Shown piece by piece: positions 58,859 through 64,000 of a stretch of DNA of 64,000 bases. The position numbers and the translations under genes are program-made. The notes under the pieces were generated by a model, which worked only from the letters and a program-made list of their open reading frames with translations, did not search any database and was not told the DNA's origin. This DNA comes from Verrucomicrobiaceae bacterium. Its GTDB lineage: Bacteria > Verrucomicrobiota > Verrucomicrobiia > Verrucomicrobiales > Akkermansiaceae. The first letter of the stretch is position 1. Each line of letters begins with the position of its first letter. The stretch lies in assembly GCA_051252135.1 (NCBI GenBank), contig JBPOGH010000009.1:32001-96000 (forward strand), in the 5' to 3' direction.

Positions 58859-59353
58859 ATGGCCAGTGTAAACAAAGTGATGCTCATCGGGAATTTGACC
58901 CGTGATCCGGAAGTGCGTTACACGCCAAAGGGAACTGCGGTTTCCGATATTGCCATGGCGGTGAACCGGGTGCGCACGGGCGACGATGGGAATAAGATTG
59001 AAGAGGTTACTTTTGTTGATGTGACCCTTTGGGGGCGTCAGGCCGAGTTGGCCGGGCAATACCTTGCGAAGGGGAGGTCGGTCTTCATTGAGGGCCGTCT
59101 TCAGCTTGATACCTGGGATGACAAGGCGACGGGGCAGAAGCGCAGTCGCTTGCGGGTCGTTGGTGAGAACATGCAGTTTCTCGGTGGCGGCCAGGGTGGT
59201 GGTGGCAATCAAGGCGGGGGAGGCAACAGTGCGCCCCAGCAGCAGAGTCGCCCGCCCCAGCAGAACCAGCAGGCACCCCAGCAGCAGGCTCCACCACAGG
59301 GTGGAGCGGCGGCGGAGGGGAACTTCGACGACGACGACGACATTCCGTTTTAG
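58859..59353 (+). CDS. ssb: Single-stranded DNA-binding protein
   Basis: NKVMLIGNLTRDPE, G/Q-rich linker and terminal DDIPF. Confidence 0.96.
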   Translation: MASVNKVMLIGNLTRDPEVRYTPKGTAVSDIAMAVNRVRTGDDGNKIEEVTFVDVTLWGRQAELAGQYLAKGRSVFIEGRLQLDTWDDKATGQKRSRLRVVGENMQFLGGGQGGGGNQGGGGNSAPQQQSRPPQQNQQAPQQQAPPQGGAAAEGNFDDDDDIPF

Positions 59354-59360
59354 GAAGCGT

Positions 59361-59385
59361 AAAAAAAGCCCGCCGAAGCGAGCTT
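59361..59385 (-). terminator. Rho-independent terminator (minus strand; may be bidirectional)
   Basis: The minus strand reads AAGCTCGC-TTCG-GCGGGCTT-TTTTT, with a UUCG loop, between convergent genes. Confidence 0.75.
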
Positions 59386-59419
59386 GATCAGATTTTCAAA
59401 GGTTAGTCCACATGCGGGA

Positions 59420-59674
59420 CTAGCCTTTTTTCTTGGTGATGACGCGGTGGAGGAAAAGGAGGACGATGGCTCCGATGGTGGCGGTGATGATGGATTCGAT
59501 CATGCCTTGTCCGTCTCCGATTCCGGAGATTTTTCCCAGCCAGCCGCCGACGAAAGCTCCGGCGATACCGAGGAGGATGGTGATGAACCAGCCACCGGGG
59601 TCTTTACCCGGCATGATGACTTTAGCGAGAACGCCTGCGACGAGGCCCAATATGATCCATGCGATAAATCCCAT
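59420..59674 (-). CDS. GlsB/YeaQ/YmgE family stress-response membrane protein
   Basis: MGFIAWIILGLVAGVLAK.IMPG..., LGIAGAFVGG and IGAIVLL. Confidence 0.9.
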   Translation of the reverse strand: MGFIAWIILGLVAGVLAKVIMPGKDPGGWFITILLGIAGAFVGGWLGKISGIGDGQGMIESIITATIGAIVLLFLHRVITKKKG

Positions 59675-59719
59675 AAGGTCTGAATGTAAGAGGGTTATTG
59701 GGTCGGGGCGATTATAATT

Positions 59720-60337
59720 TCAGGTGGTTCGTGGAACGGGTGGTTTGATCCTGGACCACTGTTGGGAGCGGATGAAGCCGGACCATTGGGTTGTTTCGCT
59801 TTGGCAGGTCCAGCCACGTGACTGGAGGATGCTGCGGGTTGGGGGGAGGGTTTTGGTGCGGAGGCCGGTGGTGAGGGCGAAGAAGCGGTACATGACCCAG
59901 GTGAGGAGGCGGGCGATGAGGCATTCGGCTTTTCCGTGGGTTTCGTGGGGGAAGAAGTCGCCGACGATGAGGGTGTCGGCTTTGGGAAGTTGGTCGAGGA
60001 AGCGGTGGGCTTCGGGTTCGGTGAAGAGGTCGAGGACGAAGTTGAGGATGATGGCGTCGCAGGGGGCTGCGGTGTCCGCGGAGACGAAAGTGAGGCCGGG
60101 GTTTCGGTTGAGGGACTGTCGGCGCATGGCTTCATCGGGCTCGATGACCTGGAGTCGGATGTCGGGGCGCTCTTTGAGAAGGGCTTGGGTGAAGCGGCCG
60201 TCGCCATCGCCGACGGTGAGGACGGTTTGTGGGAGTTCGCGGATGAAGGCGGTGCGGCAGTGCTGGAGGGCGTTGCCGAAGATGAGGCGTTCGCTCCAGG
60301 CGTAGAGGGGCGCGAGGAGGCGGTAGCCGAGGTTCAT
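59720..60337 (-). CDS. Class I SAM-dependent methyltransferase
   Basis: [23 protein letters not shown] and VGDF. Confidence 0.75.
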   Translation of the reverse strand: MNLGYRLLAPLYAWSERLIFGNALQHCRTAFIRELPQTVLTVGDGDGRFTQALLKERPDIRLQVIEPDEAMRRQSLNRNPGLTFVSADTAAPCDAIILNFVLDLFTEPEAHRFLDQLPKADTLIVGDFFPHETHGKAECLIARLLTWVMYRFFALTTGLRTKTLPPTRSILQSRGWTCQSETTQWSGFIRSQQWSRIKPPVPRTT

Positions 60338-60540
60338 GGGGCAAAGGTTTCGAGCCAGAGCTTCTCGACCTTGTCGCGGGCCCAGGGGGTGCGGCGGATG
60401 AACTTGAGGGTGGATTTGACGGAAGGATCGTTGGCGAAGCAGCGGATGCGGATGCGGTCGGCGAGACTGTCCCAGCCGTGGTGATCGACGAGGTCGTTGA
60501 TGATTTGTTCGAGTTTAACTCCGTGAAGTGGGTCGGCCAT
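60334..60540 (-). CDS. VF530/DUF2132 family small DNA-binding protein
   Basis: DPLHGVKLE..., CF..DPSVKS.LKF.RRTPWAR.KVE. Confidence 0.88.
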   Translation of the reverse strand: MADPLHGVKLEQIINDLVDHHGWDSLADRIRIRCFANDPSVKSTLKFIRRTPWARDKVEKLWLETFAP

Positions 60541-60551
60541 GTGGTGCGACT

Positions 60552-61262
60552 TTACTTCATTTTTTTAAGGAAGGCGACGATATCAGCGGGCTCGGCGCGG
60601 GAGCGGTAGTCGGCCTCGACGAAGGCCCATTTGATGGTGCCATCCCGGGCGATGATGTAGGTGGCGGCGAGGGGGAGTTTGTTGGTGCCTGCTTCCTTCC
60701 CGTTGAATTCGGCGAGGTCGAAGAACTGGCCGTAGATTTTTTCGACCTCCGGGGTGAGGGTGAAGACGAGACCGTATTCATCCGCGACCTTGTTGTTCAA
60801 GTCAGTGAGGACCTGGAACTCGAGTTCGTTTTTTTCGGTGGTGGTGAGCGCCTTGTCGGGGAGTTCGGGGGTGAGGGCGATGAGTGAGGCGCCTGCGGCT
60901 TTGAATTCGGGGAGCTTTTCCTGCATGGCCGCCATGGCGATATTGCAGTAAGGGCACCAGCCGCCGCGATACCAGGTGAGGACGACGGGGCCTTTTTTGA
61001 GTTCGTCGGCGAGGGTGACCTCCATGCCGGTGGCATTTTTGAGGGTGAAGGCGGGCGCTTTGTCTCCGACGTTTTTGGCCTTTTCGGTGATGCCTGATTT
61101 GCGGACGGTTTCGATGCCTCTGGAGTTCTCGGCGGCCATTTCGGGCGTCATTCTTCCCGATTTTTGAGAAGCGCGCTCCTTGAGCTTTTCGGCGAGAGTG
61201 TCGGCGTGGACGAGAGAGGTGGAGAGGAGGGTGAGAGCGATGAGGTTCTTCATGGGTTTCAT
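60552..61262 (-). CDS. Secreted peroxiredoxin-like AhpC/TSA family protein
   Basis: Signal peptide, GDKAPAFTL and [10 protein letters not shown] (CxxC). Confidence 0.88.
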   Translation of the reverse strand: MKPMKNLIALTLLSTSLVHADTLAEKLKERASQKSGRMTPEMAAENSRGIETVRKSGITEKAKNVGDKAPAFTLKNATGMEVTLADELKKGPVVLTWYRGGWCPYCNIAMAAMQEKLPEFKAAGASLIALTPELPDKALTTTEKNELEFQVLTDLNNKVADEYGLVFTLTPEVEKIYGQFFDLAEFNGKEAGTNKLPLAATYIIARDGTIKWAFVEADYRSRAEPADIVAFLKKMK

Positions 61263-61419
61263 GAAGAGAGAGTCATTTGGTTCCGGGATTATTCCAAAGA
61301 TTTTCAAGGATTGGGCTTTTTAGGAGGCGACGACAGTCGAAGGGCGCTGCGGGGGTGAAATCAAGTTTACTCGAAAGGCTTTATTGTCGATCCTTCCAGC
61401 TCATTCCCGAATTCAGATT

Positions 61420-63555
61420 ATGCGCTCCCAACGACTCCTCTCCCTTTTCTTTCTCCTGCTTTCATGTTTCCGGATTGATGCGGCCCCGACGGTTTATCCC
61501 AAAGTGGAAGTGAAGCTCTCGGAGTGTCAGGGGATCGCGGATGAGAAAGGGGTGATGCGGCGTGATCCGAGTGACGTGATCAACGTGGGGGGGCAGTATT
61601 ATGTCTGGTATACCAAGGGCGCTGAGTCAGGTGGATACAATGGCACGGTGTGGTATGCGACCTCCCCGGATGGACATGTCTGGACTGAGAAAGGGGAGGC
61701 GCTTGCGCGGGGGAAGAAGGGGCATTGGGATGGGCAGAGTGTTTTTACTCCGAACATCATGGTAGCGGAGGGGCGCTACTGGCTCTTTTTCACGGGGGTG
61801 TCTTTTTATCCCGGGAAAGGGAAGGGGCCGGATTCGAAGATCGGGATCGCGGTGGCCGATTCTCCTGATGGTCCATGGGAGAAGCTTGCGAGCAATCCTG
61901 TGCTCTCGAATAGCGATGATCCGAAGCAGTTTGACAGTCATCTGGTGGATGACGCCTGTTTGATCGTGCGCGATGGGAAGTATTGGTTTTACTACAAGGG
62001 GCGTCAGCTCGGGAAGAGTCCGGCGCAGACCCAGATGGGGCTGGCGATTGCGGACAAGCCGGAGGGGCCTTACGTGAAAGTGGACAAGAATCCGGTGATT
62101 CCGGGGAATCATGAGGTGCTTGTTTGGCCGCAGGGAGCGGGAGTGGCGGCGATGATTGGTTCGACCGGCCCGAAGGAGATCAGGCGCTCGCTGATGTATT
62201 CCGAGGACGGGATGAACTTTGTGAAGACGCACGAGGTGGTGAACTCTCCTTTTGCGCCGGGTGGGTATCGTCCGGAGGCGTTCACCGGGAGTGATGCGGG
62301 AGCCCGTCTCGAATGGGGAGTTCATATTGGAAAGAAGAAGGGGCATCTGCCCTTCATTGAGCGCTATGACCTGAAGGTCGAAGGGGAGCCGGAGGAGGGC
62401 TTTGCGGGTGATGTTACTTTTTTAAAGAGGCACACGGACCTTCTTGTTTTGCGAAGTGGAGAGGCGGCGGTGGCGGTGGCTCCGGCGTATCAGGGTCGGG
62501 TGATGACGAGCACCTTTGATCACGAGAGAGGGCCGAGCTTTGGCTGGATCAATCGGCCGGTGATCGAGAAGGGCTTTCTTTCGGATGAGGAGCGGAAGGG
62601 GACCCTGGAGGAGCACATTTATATCTTTGGGGGTGAGGAGAGATTTTGGCTGGGGCCGGAAGGGGGGCAGTTTGCGTTGTTCTTCAAACCGGGGACGAAA
62701 TTTGAGTTCTCCGATTGGACCACGCCGCCGGTGATCGATACGGAGGCTTTTCAGGTGACTGCGAAGTCCGGGAGCTCGGCCCGTTTTGAGCATGACTGTG
62801 AGTTGGTCAATTACAGTGGAGCGAAGTTCTCGGTGGGTATCGAGCGGACGGTGAAAATCCTGGGCCGGAAGGAAGCAGAAGGTCTGCTCGGGGGAGCGTT
62901 GGGTGCGGGGAGTAAGCTGGTGGGTTACGAGACAGACAACCGGATCACGAACAAGGGGAAGGAAGCGTGGAGCGCCGAGACGGGGCTGCTTTCGATCTGG
63001 ATTTTGGGGATGTATAATCCTTCGCCCGAGACGACGGTGGTGATTCCTTTTCAGGAGGGAGCAGAGGATGAACTGGGGCCGAAGGTGAACGACAGTTACT
63101 TTGGCAAAGTTCCCGAGGATTATCTCAAGGTGGAGGAGGATGTTCTGTTCTTCCGGGGTGATGGCACGCGGCGGGGGAAGATTGGTCTGACGCCCCAGCG
63201 CTCGAAGGGAATTGCGGGGAGTTATGATGCGTCGGGGAAGGTGCTCAATATTGTGACTTACAATGTGCAAGCGGCTCCCGAGGGGTTCGTGAACTCGATG
63301 TGGGAGATTCAGGAGAAGCCCTATGCGGGAGATGTGATCAATTCCTACAACGATGGATCTCCGGAGCCGGGAGCGGCTCCACTGGGTCCATTCTATGAGC
63401 TGGAGACGTCATCGCCTGCAGCGGCCCTGAAGCCGGGCGGGACGATGAAGCATGTGCAGCGGACCTTCCATGTGCACGGGCCGGAGGCGGAGCTTGAAGG
63501 GTTGGCGAAGCGGCTGCTGGGTGTCGGACTGAAGGAGATTCAGGCGGCGTTTTAG
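61420..63555 (+). CDS. GH117-like (GH43 clan beta-propeller) glycoside hydrolase fused to a DUF6786-like domain
   Basis: RRDPS, YATS.DG..W.E.G.A..RG, VFTP, FDSH and HEV.VWP. C-terminal half has QGRVMTST and GGEERFWLGPEGGQF. Confidence 0.7.
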   Translation: MRSQRLLSLFFLLLSCFRIDAAPTVYPKVEVKLSECQGIADEKGVMRRDPSDVINVGGQYYVWYTKGAESGGYNGTVWYATSPDGHVWTEKGEALARGKKGHWDGQSVFTPNIMVAEGRYWLFFTGVSFYPGKGKGPDSKIGIAVADSPDGPWEKLASNPVLSNSDDPKQFDSHLVDDACLIVRDGKYWFYYKGRQLGKSPAQTQMGLAIADKPEGPYVKVDKNPVIPGNHEVLVWPQGAGVAAMIGSTGPKEIRRSLMYSEDGMNFVKTHEVVNSPFAPGGYRPEAFTGSDAGARLEWGVHIGKKKGHLPFIERYDLKVEGEPEEGFAGDVTFLKRHTDLLVLRSGEAAVAVAPAYQGRVMTSTFDHERGPSFGWINRPVIEKGFLSDEERKGTLEEHIYIFGGEERFWLGPEGGQFALFFKPGTKFEFSDWTTPPVIDTEAFQVTAKSGSSARFEHDCELVNYSGAKFSVGIERTVKILGRKEAEGLLGGALGAGSKLVGYETDNRITNKGKEAWSAETGLLSIWILGMYNPSPETTVVIPFQEGAEDELGPKVNDSYFGKVPEDYLKVEEDVLFFRGDGTRRGKIGLTPQRSKGIAGSYDASGKVLNIVTYNVQAAPEGFVNSMWEIQEKPYAGDVINSYNDGSPEPGAAPLGPFYELETSSPAAALKPGGTMKHVQRTFHVHGPEAELEGLAKRLLGVGLKEIQAAF

Positions 63556-64000
63556 AGTTCGGCCTTTTCCTTTTTAAGGCGGAGCTGGCCGCAGGCGGCG
63601 TCGATGTCGTGGCCTTTTTCGAGGCGGAGGGTGGCGGAGACGCCGGCTTTGGTGAGGACGTTTTTGAAGCGGAGGCAGTCCTCATCGGAGGGGCGAGTCC
63701 ATTGGAGTCCTTCGACGGTGTTGTAGGGGATGAGGTTGACCTTGGCGCGGATGGAGGCGGCTCGCTTGGCGAGGATGGCGGCGTGGTCGGGGTCGGCGTT
63801 GATGCCGTCGATGAGGATGTACTCGAGGGTGATCTTTTGGTTTTTGCGTGAGTTCCAGAGGCGGAGGGCGTCGAAGAGCTCGGCTACGGGGTATTTTTTG
63901 TTCACCGGCATGATGCGCTCGCGGACTTCATCGGTGGGGCCGTGGAGGGAGATGGCGAGGCGGATTTGCTGGGGAAGTTCGGAGAGTTTTTTGATTTGGG
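63552..64000 (-). CDS. rlmN: 23S rRNA (A2503-C2) methyltransferase, C-terminal part (runs off the window end)
   Basis: LAISLH, TLEYILI.GIN, VNLIPYN and G.DIDAACGQL. Confidence 0.93.
   Translation of the reverse strand, partial: QIKKLSELPQQIRLAISLHGPTDEVRERIMPVNKKYPVAELFDALRLWNSRKNQKITLEYILIDGINADPDHAAILAKRAASIRAKVNLIPYNTVEGLQWTRPSDEDCLRFKNVLTKAGVSATLRLEKGHDIDAACGQLRLKKEKAEL

Noticed and set aside
59183..59345. GGC/CAG/GAC short repeats in ssb
   Set aside because: This is the ordinary low-complexity SSB linker and acidic tip, not a repeat array or contingency locus.
1..64000. CRISPR arrays, tRNA/rRNA genes, transposases, integrases, invertible-promoter repeats
   Set aside because: None was recognised by eye. 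The two operator copies are in direct orientation and no recombinase is nearby, so phase-variable inversion is not supported.

Overview
This is a bacterial chromosome segment, most likely from a Verrucomicrobiales/PVC organism (inferred from the PSD1-cytochrome/DUF1501 pair, DUF1800/DUF1501 pair, SHD1-like domains and an exosortase). The + strand is strongly G/T-skewed. The core is a ~44 kb co-directional surface-glycan locus (10.1-53.8 kb) headed by a GbsR/MarR regulator and an RfaH/NusG paralog. It encodes GDP-fucose synthesis (gmd, fcl), sulfate activation (cysC, cysD, cysN), a CDP-3,6-dideoxyhexose pathway, about 10 glycosyltransferases, Wzx, two O-antigen ligase/polymerase-like proteins, and acetyl- and methyltransferases. 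It also holds four uncharacterised nucleotidyltransferase/kinase proteins, DUF1800/DUF1501, exosortase with EpsI, and a priming sugar transferase. Downstream are prs, an MBOAT/SGNH-like pair, rplY-pth-rpsF-ssb, small genes, a GH117-like fusion and a partial rlmN. The most notable non-coding signals are a 19/20-identical palindromic operator (GTTCA-N8-TGAAC) before both the regulator and the glycan operon, an ops-like element in the operon leader, and a 10-mer AACCTGCGGT repeated at three internal intergenic junctions. No tRNA, rRNA, CRISPR array or transposase was seen. All product calls come from motif recognition only; no searches were run.
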